Positions 25,232 to 36,296 of a DNA stretch of 64,000 nucleotides are shown in pieces. Numbering within the stretch: position 1 is the stretch's first letter; the number at the start of each line of letters is the position of its first letter. The position numbers and the translations under genes are program-made. Source of the DNA: Microbotryum violaceum (lineage: Eukaryota); contig CDLV01000009.1 in NCBI GenBank assembly GCA_001244265.2, positions 1 through 64,000 of the forward strand, in the 5' to 3' direction. The notes beneath the pieces are model-generated. The model was not told where the DNA came from. It made no database searches and saw only the letters and a program-made list of their open reading frames with translations.

Positions 25232-25955
25232 TCTTTCGAAAGCTAAAACCCATATGTTCATGTGTTGTTGACAGCGAATTCAATACCATCGACCCCGCCC
25301 CTGCCTCCCACCACTCCCCTCTCGCCTCTGGATCCAAAACCTCGACCACTACAACGCCCATCCCTGAACTTCAAGCGACCCTCAACGACAAAACTAAATC
25401 CTTATTCGAACGCTATCGAGCCATGTTCGCTTTGCGAAATGATGGAAGTAAAAAAGCTGTTTTGGCTTTAGCGACAGGTTTCGAAGATGAGAGTGCTCTT
25501 TTCCGGTACGTCGTACTTTCTTTCCTTTTCCACTCTTCTTCATGAACTGACAATCTTCTCCCTAACCACTCCCACCCCCAGCCATGAAATCGCCTACGTA
25601 TTCGGCCAATTGTCCTCCCCATACTCCGTACCTTCCCTCATCAAAGTTCTCAGCCACACAAACGAAGAAGATATGGTCCGCCACGAAGCGGCCGAAGCGT
25701 TGGGGGTATCGCGACCGAAGAATGTTTACCTATCCTCGAACAGTTCGCAAAGGATGAGAACGTACCGAGGGTCGTTAGGGAGAGTTGTGAGGTGGCTTTG
25801 GATATGGTCAGTCTTTCTTTTTTTTCGCGGGACTACCTGAAGCGGCGTTTCGAGTTCTTTCCGAGTGCTGATTTGGTCATCTTGTTTCCGGATAGTACGA
25901 GTACGAGAATTCGAACGAGTTCGTTCCCTTGCCGACGTTGGTGCAAGCTTCATAA
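24533..25955 (+). CDS. LIA1: Deoxyhypusine hydroxylase (DOHH), multi-exon
   Basis: [66 protein letters not shown] and [11 protein letters not shown] (four HE motifs). One missing G in a G-run at about 25702 is probably an assembly error. Confidence 0.93.
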
Positions 25956-26761
25956 GTCATACCCACCATTCACCCTTTCCTTAGTGTTCTTCCATTTCTT
26001 TCCCCTTAGTGTCTTGATTTCCACGTATTGCAATTTCACTTCTTCAGAACCCAAACACACAACCTTCAACCTTAATTCGCGTCACCTTTCCCGCAGCGAG
26101 AGCCGATCCCGAGAAAAAGAACCGCTCGCCACGTTCGACCCCTTCAGTCACCACACCTCTCAAGCCGGACTTGACTTTCCTCGATGTCCTTCGCGGCGAC
26201 GCTTTCCACCTCCTCAGCGAAAATGGCGTCGTGCACGATGATGAGGACTTCGAACATGTTCTGATTCATGAGAGGGTGCGTGTGCACCCACCATGTCAGA
26301 TAAGCCATACTCAACTTTGATCCCGACACCATGCGCGACCGCGTTTGAAGGAACGGCTTCCCCATCCACAGCTGCAAGTAGGGGTTCAACGGCTCCGATT
26401 CCTTCTTCCACTTCATGCAATGAATCCGATCATGTTTGTATTTCAAAGGAGAAATAAAGCTTACGTGAAGATACAAATTGCTCTTGTCCATACTTTGGTG
26501 TCAACCAAGCGATGTCAATACGGCTTGCGAGTGGAACAGCGCGGGTCCGACGGGAGGCAAACTCTGCACCACGCTCGCACGCAGTTGAACCGACCATACA
26601 AATGCGGGCCGATATGAGCCAGATGATGCCATGTACAAGAAGGAAATGATCATCCATATGTTTACGAATGCCATGAGCTGATTACACAATAATATACAGT
26701 GAAAAAGAAAAAAGAAAAACTCTGCTGATTGTTGCCACTCCTGCGATTCGAGAAGGGCATC

Positions 26762-28754
26762 TCATCGAACCGGATCACGCAAATATTTCGGATCAAAGTC
26801 GAGCCTAGCATGATTCCAATCAATGAGGCACACCGATTCGTCGTCGCAAATCAACGCGTTTCTCGTGTCCTCATCACCGTGTTGGATTCCTAGTTTCGAG
26901 AATAGCGCAAAGGCCGCACTAGGAAGAGAGAGCGAAGCGAAATCAGTCTTGGAAGAGGAAGGAGCGGATGAAGGACTCACTTGATCTTGTCACAAATCTC
27001 CTCCGCCTCATCCGGCCCAAAGATCCTCCTCCCGCCGTACCCAAGAACAAGCATCATCGCTACCCCATCTCTAGATCGATACGTGCCGTAATATCGAGGT
27101 AGCAAAGCACGAGCTTTCGAAAGCAAGAGGGGAAGACGTGCTCATAGAAAAGCGATTCGATGATGCACGACTCCAGATCCTCATTTTCATATAGCACAAC
27201 GGGTTCCTCGTAATCAATCACGCCGCTTTTCGTACGTGTCCGTCGGTGCGTTGAAGCTTTGGGCTCAGTTTGCTCAGCTCGAGCAGTGGGCACGTTCGAT
27301 TCAGTTCCCAGCTTGCGGCGCTTTCCATCGGCGAGCCTGGAGCGGTCGGACTCTTCTCGCCTCAGCGAAGCCAGATTCGACTTCTTGAGCTCTGATCGTC
27401 TCGACGGCGCCTTGGACAAAACACCGCCAAACACGCTACAAGCTCCGCCGTACGCGATCAACTGGGGGTAGTACATGACGGGTAGTCTCTTGGCATCCTT
27501 GAAGTTGCTCGCTGATAAACGTTCGTAGGTCATTCTTTTCGGCTTCATTGGGGTGTTGGTCAACCCGCAATCGAGGTAGGCGATCAATTCTGGCGGTAGA
27601 GCGCCGAAGCGACGGCTTGGCTTGTGCTTTGGCCTCCACTCTAGCTCGGGTGGGCTTGGTTTGAAAACAGGCTTGAATTTGGCCGCTTCGAACACATTGG
27701 TCCCGTCATAGGGGAGATCCCACATGCGCCCACGAGGCCGACGAAAGAATCGCAGCTTCGAAGTTGGGGGCAAACACAAGCCGATTACGTCAGGAGCCCG
27801 GAGAAAAAATAAACTGCACACGCCGTCACTGGGTAGGCAAGCTCACGGGTTTTTGGGTATGGGCCAGCTGTGCGCGTACAGAAAAGTACTCTCCTTCCCA
27901 CACTTGAACGGTCAAAGGGATCTGCGCATCCAACTCGGGGTCGTGGTCCTGGGTCCATCCCTGCTCGAATACTTCCCGCCAATCTTGCGCGTCGATGATA
28001 TTTGGCGGGCCGAATAAGCGTGCGACCATTTCGGGAGAGGGCGTCGGTGGCTGAGTAAGGCTGTCGGCTATAGCAGCAAGTGCGAGGTCGGTCATGGACT
28101 TCTTTCCGAAGATGAAAGGGAGGTCGCCCGTTGTGCGCTCAAAGTCCCGATGGACGAGTTGGATAGAGGAAAGAAGGTATCCGACCTCTTGGGTATTGTT
28201 CGGGTTTTGGACTTGTGGTAACCAGGGTAAGCAAACAACATCAGGAGTGGGCCCAGAGACCGTGACGAATATAGTGTTGGATCTTACCAGCTTCTGCAAG
28301 AACACTCATGCGCGTACCGACAATCAAACCAAACCGCGGCTGCTGCCCCGATCGCGTCCCTGTCAAGGGATCGCACTCAGGGACGCCTGATTTCATCAGC
28401 ACAGCGAGCTGTGGGGGAAGACCATGAATGTGATCAGTAAAGTAGACTCGATCCGCATGTTTGAGGTTCCAAGTGCCATCGATCGAGCGCCACTTGTCGG
28501 ATTGGCCTCTCCGAACCTGCGATCTCGATTGAACGGCGCCGCTGCCTACTAGTGACTTTAGCCATTGGACCTCCAATCCCCGTGAGTTGTTTGCTCAGAT
28601 TATGTGTCTTGCAATACAAAGAGTCTTTTTTGTAAACCACACCTTCAAAGCCTGCTTTTTCATTCCGCTGACCGAGCCAACCTTTCGAAAAGGCATGAGG
28701 CGAGGCCGCTGCAAACGAGATCGCCGGCCTGTTTCTCAAGCTTAGGCATTCCAT
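26762..28754 (-). pseudogene. Atypical fungal protein-kinase-like gene with long N-terminal region; multiple frameshifts
   Basis: IAYGGACSVFGG (Gly-loop-like), ESLFYEHVF, GIQHGDEDTRNALI (HGD...N catalytic loop) and VCLIDWNHA (DFG-equivalent) in successive minus-strand frames. The 5' boundary is uncertain. Confidence 0.6.
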
Positions 28755-29094
28755 ATCTACTACATGTACCCGGTGTAAGTGTACTCACTACCGACTTGGG
28801 TTTGCAAGTTATGAAACAAGAAAGCGCTATGGCCTGCATCATGTGTTCGTCTTTCCTTCTGTCCTGCTTAGTTCTCTTCTTGATTCTTTCCTTTCTTTTT
28901 TTTTTTTTTTTTTTTTTTCTTTCCTTCTTCTTTCATTTTTCTTCCTTCCCTTTTTTTTTTTCTTTTTTTTTTCCGCTTCGCCGGCAACTCCCTGGACATG
29001 TTGGCTGCCCAGAAAAGTCGAGCAAGGCGTAGGCTCGATCAGGCTCGATTAGGTTCTAGTTAGGCTCCCAAGCTCAAGCTAGCACAAGTACTAA

Positions 29095-30450
29095 GCTCAA
29101 GTCACAGCTCACCCCGACGCGCTAGAAGCGACCTCTTTCTTCCTTTGCTCACTCACTCGTTCGACTCGAGTCGAACAAGCTCACTCAACACCTTTATCTG
29201 TTCATCTCGTTCGCGTCACGCCTTCCACCCATCATGTCGACTTATCCTCACCTACCATACTGCGATAACCAAGCGAAAGCTCACGAGCTCCTCCGAGTCG
29301 GGGAACCGCTGAAAGCTTAATTCAACGAAGCAACTAGAACAAAAGGAGGCGGACATCACCAATTTTCTGGGGTTCATACGCTAAGCAGACTGTTCGCACG
29401 CCATTAGCCAAAAGTCGTCCTCGCCCAAATCCTCAAAAACCGGAATGACCCTCTCCCAAGACACCTCGACCTATCCCAATCGATGTCGAGCCGGTGAGCC
29501 CTGAGCTCCCTGAGCCCGACCTCTGGTCAAAGCGGCTAGATGTGGACATCCTCCTACGCTCGGGGCAACTGGCACATATGCAAGGCGTTTTTTTCGGTGG
29601 AAATCAAAATTGCTTCCGAGCTACACGCAGTGAAATATCTAACGCGCCTTTGAACTAAGACCAACTCTGCAGGACCGTTCAACGGTCTTGGTTCAAAGGC
29701 GCGTTGGATATCCCGTTGCGTGCAGTGAGGAATCAACCTTGATTTCCACCGAAAAAAGCCGACCATATGTGCTCGCCCGAGCGTAGGAGAATGTCTATAT
29801 CGCCGCTTTGACCAGAGGTCGGTCTCAGGGCTCACCGGCTCGACATCGATCGGGTACGTCGAGGTGTCTTGAAGAGGGTCGTTCCGGTTTCTGAGGATTT
29901 GGGCGAGGACGACCTCGGCTAACGGCGTAAACAGTTTGCTTATCGTTTGCACCCAGAGAATAGGTGGTGTCCGCCTTCTTTTGTTCTAGTTGCTTCGCAA
30001 CTTGTGCTTCAGCGGTTCCCCCGAGGAGCTCGTGAGCTTTCGCTCGGTTAGACGGTCTTTGCTGCGCCTGATGCGCATCTACCAAGTCGAGTATCCCTTC
30101 GAGCAGATCTTGCGAGACTGATTCACAGAGTACCACTTGGCATCATGCAGGGCATGGAACCGGGTACCCGTATGATTGCTGCGCTGACGTCTGCCATGAG
30201 AAGCTGTTCAAGGACTTGACTTGGTAGTCGGCTCCGATGCACTGCAGTGAAAGATTGGGTACCTGGATCATATCGAGGCCTAACGCCGGTAGGTGGTCGG
30301 TGAGGATAAGTCGACATTATTCGCGGAAGGCGTGACGCCAATGAAATGAACGAATAATGGTGCTGAGTGAGCTTGTTCGAGCTTGTTCGAGTCGAACGAG
30401 AGTGAGGAGATCATTGAAAGAAGGGGCTTCCAGCGCGCTGTGACTGGAGC
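29095..30450. repeat. Tail-to-tail inverted duplication of a small unknown gene (arms about 29095-29565 and 29775-30450)
   Basis: atgtcgacttatcctcacc, gaagcaactagaacaaaa, gtcgtcctcgcccaaatcctca and gacctctggtcaaagcggc on the + strand recur as reverse complements in the right arm. The left arm lacks about 240 bp present in the right. Confidence 0.88.
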
Positions 30451-30918
30451 CGGGCGCTTATGCCCTCCGATGTCGATCAGTGGTTTCCCGATCCCCACAG
30501 ATATCTTTTGTCTGAGGCCTTTAGCATCGGCTGTACACTAGGATTTAGCTTTCGAGAGAGTTGTTTCTTCCCAACATGTAAACATTAGTCTTGATTAGCA
30601 AAGAAACCCCTTACTTCCGTTCAACTCCTCACCGTGCGAAGCCTTGAACTCGGGTGAAAAAAGCGAAAAGCGAGCTTTGTTCGAGGTCGACATCTTTGCT
30701 CTCTTCGTCTACGCAAAAAAACTCGCCACACGAGGTGTTTTCCTTTCTGGAGTGTCTCTCGCTGCCATCCCGATCTCAACGAATCCGACTCGACTTGTGT
30801 AACAATAGCCGACTTTTCAAAATTTAACAAAAGGGCTTGCCCGTGCTGCGTTAAAACTAAAAAACATCGACGACCGAGTGATTTTCATCCCGACATCGCG
30901 TCTTTTCAAAATTACAAT

Positions 30919-31890
30919 TCAGTGCTTCTCCCAGAATACTGCAAAACGAGAAATTGACCAGAGGATTAGCACTAGCGCTGATTCGGCTCTCGCCCCCACT
31001 TCGATCGCGACCAAAAGGGCCCAGAAAGTGTCCCAGGCTCCTCCCCTCCCCTCCCTGGAGACGTGTCCATCGCTGTGAAACTTACCCGGTAACTTGTCCC
31101 CCGGTACAAAGATCCTCTCGACTCCCCCTTCTGTGATGACAGCCATACGGATCGTGCCTCCCGAACTTCCATCCCGAGCCATCGCCAGTGCCAGAGCTGA
31201 GAATCGAGATAGGTAGACGAGCCCCCGTCAGCTCATCATGCTCTTTTAGATTGATCAAAGTATGCCTAACGTTTTTGCATTGTGACCTACCGTTCCTGAC
31301 AAACTCGACAGTCTGTTCCTTATCCCAGTCCTCGCGATAAGTCGCATCGCAATACCCATAGATGTACGCCGAGCCGGAACCTGTTTCGTCGCGACTTTCA
31401 CCAATCAGTTCCGCTGAAAAGAGTTCCGGATTCTTTAAAGAGACAATAACGCACCTCCGATCGCCCAAGGTCCTTTAAACAATCCTCCACCGAGAGGGAT
31501 GTTGTACACTGAGCCTCCTGTCAACTTGTCCCATCCAGCGACGATGATACCAGCCGAAAGCGAGTCCCTACGTGAAGCCGAAAAAAACGGGCATTCAACT
31601 TTTTTGTTAGGTTATTTCCCTCCAAGCTGTGTGGGGACTGGACTCACTTGTTGGAATAACAAATCGATTCTAGCATCGCGCCAGCTACGGCGGTCGTAGG
31701 TCGTTTCTCGTGTTGCATCGCGTATTGACTCAGTTGCGCGGTGACGATATCCGCAACGGCCTGGTCCCCGAATTGGGCGTATTGGCGATGATCAGTTCCG
31801 AGTTCAAGTTCCGAGTTCAAGTTCCGAGTTCATAAAGGATCTGTTTAGGATCCTTTCGGGAAAGGAGGTGGGGGCTCCCCAAAACGCCCG

Positions 31891-31921
<31 letters not shown>

Positions 31922-32235
31922 CGCGCACCTGTGTATCGGCTGCCGATCCTGATCGACAACAATAAATCCTTTCGTGCAAATAGGTCAATTTGTCGGTCAC
32001 TCGATTGGCGATGTAGGATCCGGTGGTCGTTCTTGAATCGGCACCGATGACGACGCCTCCGGGGAAAACGCAGGCCATGATGGAGGTCTATGCGGGTGTG
32101 AGTGTGATTAGATTCAGGTGTGAGATGTACGGGGTAATGTGATGATCAAAGTGTACTTACTCCCAAGTTGACCTCGCCCGATTTGAGATGGCTCACGTCC
32201 GGCACGAGCGTCGTCGTCATCGAGGTGTGCGCCAT
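30919..32235 (-). CDS. PRE3: 20S proteasome subunit beta-1, multi-exon
   Basis: GEVNLG|TSIMAC...[25 protein letters not shown]...[11 protein letters not shown]...[12 protein letters not shown]...[16 protein letters not shown]. Confidence 0.96.
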
Positions 32236-32755
32236 GTTCTGGCAGCGATGGGAGGAAGAGGTCGGGCTGCGAGGTGGGTGGTGAGGAGTGTGTGGACGAG
32301 TGGATATGGTCGGAGGGTGGTCGGAGGTGGTGGGGTGGTGTGCAGAGCAGGGCCTAGCTGGGGGCGAGCACACGCGTCACCCGCTCATGAGTAATTGGCG
32401 ATTAGGAATTGCGGTGCTAATGAACTCGGATTAGTAATGGACCACGTCAGGCGCGTCGTCAGCGTCAATCCTCACGGCCTCACGCTCCACGCTCCACGCT
32501 CCACGCTCAGCTCATCCCACCATCCAACTCTACACACGCCGTCACCACCGACCTGCATTCAAGCTGGCTCCCCCTACGCAGGACCCGCTCCCGACCTCGA
32601 CCCACAAGCGTCCTCGTCCTTCTTCTCCGCTGAGCGCAGCAACCAGCACACCCTCCTCCTCCCTCCAACGTCCGCTCAGCAAACGCACCGCCACGACCCC
32701 GACTCCCGACTTGGCCCATCTGCACATCACTCCACCTTCTTCCTCGCGACCCAAG

Positions 32756-33810
32756 ATGGTCTTGACGAGCCAGGCCAAGAGCTTGTACGCCGAGTTGCAG
32801 CGTCACAAGCTCAACGCGGACCGAGTCGATACGGCACAGCTCAACAACTTGTTCAATCAGCTCAAGGTGAGTGCAGTCGATTCAGCTGGCTCTTTTGTCT
32901 GGCTGACATGAAAAGGTCGTCTCAGATTCACCTCGCCGAATCCGGGTTACTGTTCCCCACCGCGTCACCCTCGACCGAGCAACAGAAAGCCGACCTCGTC
33001 ATCGCGCGTGAGTCGCAGCAACACAGTCAACAGTCGGTCCATCTCTAACCAATCTCGACCATCTTTTCACAGGCGATGTGCTCGAGTTTGGCGCGCTCTT
33101 TTCGATCAAGACCGAGGACGTTCCCTCGTTCGAACGCTACATGTCCCTCCTCTCGGCCTTTTACGCAGAGCCATCGCAAGTCTCCCCGTCGCAGAATCGA
33201 GCTGCATTGTCAGCCTTGTCCCTCTTGCGCCTCTTGTCGCAGAACCGCATCGCCGAATTCCACACCACCCTCGAAACGCTCTCCTCGGACCTCATCCTCT
33301 CCCGAGAAATAACCTGGGTACTCGAGGTCAGTTGCCGCGTCTTTCCCAACCTCAACTCGTGCCCCCCCGCCGAAGCAAGCTAATCGATTCCGGTCCACCC
33401 AGCTCGAACGTTCCCTGATGGAAGGTTCCTACTCGAAAGTGTATTCACTCTGTTCGAACCCATCGAATCTACCGCGCGTCGAATTCAAATACTTTATCTC
33501 GACGCTCCTCTCGACCGTGCGTTCGGAAATCGCTTCGTGCGATGAAAGAGCCTACGCTACTTTACCCCTTCGCGACGCGCAGACTTTGTTGTTCTTTTCG
33601 AACGAAACCGAGGTTCGAGAGTTCGCGAAGGAACGTGGGTGGACTGTCGATGAAGGGAAAGCGATCATCCGATTTGGGGTACAGAGTGGGCCGTTGAAGG
33701 GTAAATCGACGGATGCTGGGTGGGGTTTGGGAGGTGATAAGGAGATGAATAAGGAGAGGATCGTAGCGAGCGTGGTCGGGTATGCCAAGGAGTTGGAGAG
33801 TATCGTCTGA
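32756..33810 (+). CDS. RPN12: 26S proteasome lid subunit Rpn12, multi-exon
   Basis: DVLEFGALFSIKTEDVPSFERY, LLRLLSQNRIAEFHTTLE, LERSLMEGSYSKV, TVRSEIASCDERAY and GYAKELESIV*. Confidence 0.95.
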
Positions 33811-34212
33811 GAGACCTGTGCAACGATGGGGAGTGTCTTTGGTTCTTGCTTTTGCGAGGGTGTGAGGAGGCGACCTCGAGATTGCTGCGAAGCAGTTGAT
33901 GCTATCGGTATAAATGAAGCTTACGTTACCTCGTTCGGGATCGACCACTTCAACGTGACTGTCTGTACCTCCTCCAGTGCACTCTTCCCACAGCCACTCC
34001 CAGCTCCCCACCTCCACCCTCTCCTCGCGTGCTCACGTGACCTTTCGGGTCCCGCGCACCGGCTATACGGGTCACGTGCCGTCCTTGGAAAGTGTTTCCT
34101 GACCTGGGCGAGCATTCGCCTGATGGCTGGTGACACGACGGCTCGCTCTTTCTCCCTCCCACGCACTTCCCACCTCCACCGCCTTTCTATTTCCTCCACC
34201 ATCCCTCTCTCT

Positions 34213-35999
34213 ATGTCCCTCACCACTCCCACCCCTCCACCGCTCTTAGAATTCCACCTGCTAGGAACGGGCACCTCCTCCTCCGTACCGTCGATCCACT
34301 GCCTCACCTCCCCTACCGAAGGCTGTCACTGCTGCAGATCGACTCTGAACGCCAAGGAAGGAACTGACGAGGCAAGGAACGTGAGGAGGAATACGAGTGG
34401 TCTTTTGAGGGTCCCTCCGAGGGTCGGGCAGGAACTTTGGAAGACTGTGTTGATTGATGCAAGTCTTTTGAGGTAGTCTCTTTCCGTCGACCGAGTTGAA
34501 AGACTTACGCGAACCTCATCCCCCCCCCCCCTCCCCATCTCCCCCATTCCGCCGCATACCTACACCTCACCTCATTATCATCCTACCCCTCTACTCTCAT
34601 CCGCCATCTTTCCAGTGCGGCAAAACCTTCTACGCCGCCGCGTTAGAACACTGGCCCAAACACCGCCTCCGACAAATAAACGCTTTACTAATCACCCATG
34701 CTCATGCCGTACGTCCGCACCAAAAAAACGTCCCCCTGTATTCCATCTCGAAAGATCCAGAATTGACTTCTTTTTTTCTCTCCCGCTTTTCTAACCCTTT
34801 CAGGACGCCTTTTTAGGCCTTGACGATCTTCGAGGTTGGACACTACATGGCTCGATCCAAAAATCGATCCCTATTTATGCGACACAGGATACCTACGATG
34901 AGATTGCGAGGGTGAGTCGGAAAGACGAGGGAGAACGTCGGTCTTTCGTGGTCGAGGAAGGGTTTTTCATTCGCGACAGACAGATTTCTTGGAAGGACTT
35001 TGGATAAGAATAATGGAACTTTCTGAGGATTTTGACTGAAACTTTCATACAAACGCAGTGCTTCCCCTACCTAGCCGACCGCTCCAAAGCGACCGGAGGA
35101 GGCGACGTACCCGCGTAAGCCCCGATCCCCTCATCCCTCACCCCTTCGGACCCCATCACTAACCCCCCCTCCTTCTGCTTCCCAGTTTCGAATGGCACAT
35201 CATCACCCCCCTCGTCCCGCTGCACCTCTTCGGCATCGAAATTTTGCCCCTCCCCGTCCACCATGGTAAAATCTTCTCCGATCCTCCGAGACCTTATCTT
35301 TCCTTGGGGTTCATGTTCGATCGCGAGATCGTATACATTTCTGACGTATCATACATCCCCGAAGAGACGTGGCAAGTTCTAGAAGGACGTTCTACCATTC
35401 AGAATTCTGACGCCCCTCTCGGGAAGAAAGAGAAAGGACTCGCCTCGGAGTCACTCTCCCTCCCTTCCCAAACCCCCCGACCGTCCCTCTTGATCCTCGA
35501 TACGCTCCGTTCCACAACCTTCACCTCCCACTTTGGTATCGGCGAATCCATCTCAACCATACGTCGATTAAACCCCCTCCGTACCTACCTCACCGGCTTC
35601 GCCCACGGTACCTCTCATTCAACCTGGCTTCAAACCTGCCTAAACATTTCCTCCGGTTCAACCGCTCCTTTCCCTTCCGAACCCTCACTCCTCAAACCCT
35701 CCGAAATAACGCCACAAAATCTTCCCTGTCCACCCCCAATAGGACCCAACCCAACCTCAACCCATCTCCTACCCCCTCCCTCCCAATCCTGGTTAGCCAT
35801 CTCCGGAACCCTTCAAAAAGGACAAGAAAACCCCCTCGTTCATTCCGAATGGGCATTAAAGATCATCGACGCTTTTGAACCTTTGAAAAAAGGGGTTAAA
35901 TGTTGGGTTCGACCGGCTGTGGATGGTTTAGTTCTAAAAGTGTTCGGGGAAGAAGGTGTTCGAGAAAGGAGGGTTTGGGATGGGTTGTACGATGCTTAG
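34213..35999 (+). CDS. Metallo-beta-lactamase-fold hydrolase (PhnP-like), multi-exon
   Basis: LLGTGTSSSVP, RRNTS, LID|CGKTF, LLITHAHA|DAFLGLDDLRGW (HxHxD motif), PVHHG, YISDVSYIPEE and SHFGI. Confidence 0.88.
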
Positions 36000-36296
36000 C
36001 TTAGGAGAGAGCAAGTGGTGGAATCACTCTGATTTAGATATTGGGGAAAGTCGATAGATGCGAATCAAAGATGCTCAAAAGAGTTTTTTTGTCCCACCTA
36101 CACCTAGACTTGAGACTTGAGAAAGATACAATGCGTACGTAGATACAACACGCACAAAAAAATGCTCCAATTCCACCTCCAGAAGATAGATCCTCACGAA
36201 AAGAATAAGAAATAAGAAAAATAAAATAAACAGCGGTGGGAAACGACCTCCTAAAAACTTTCCTCCTTCGCATAACCCTGACTAACGCCCTCCACT

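Noticed and set aside
25695..25810. Frameshift in LIA1 as pseudogenisation or programmed frameshifting
   Set aside because: One missing G in a G-run restores LGGIAT...[12 protein letters not shown]. Similar 1-nt homopolymer losses recur across the window, which points to long-read consensus error.
26144..26700. Short minus-strand ORFs with a hydrophobic stretch
   Set aside because: Fragmentary, with no motif and no defensible gene model.
32236..32755. Rpn4/PACE site in the PRE3-RPN12 promoter
   Set aside because: GGTGGCAAA is not present on either strand.
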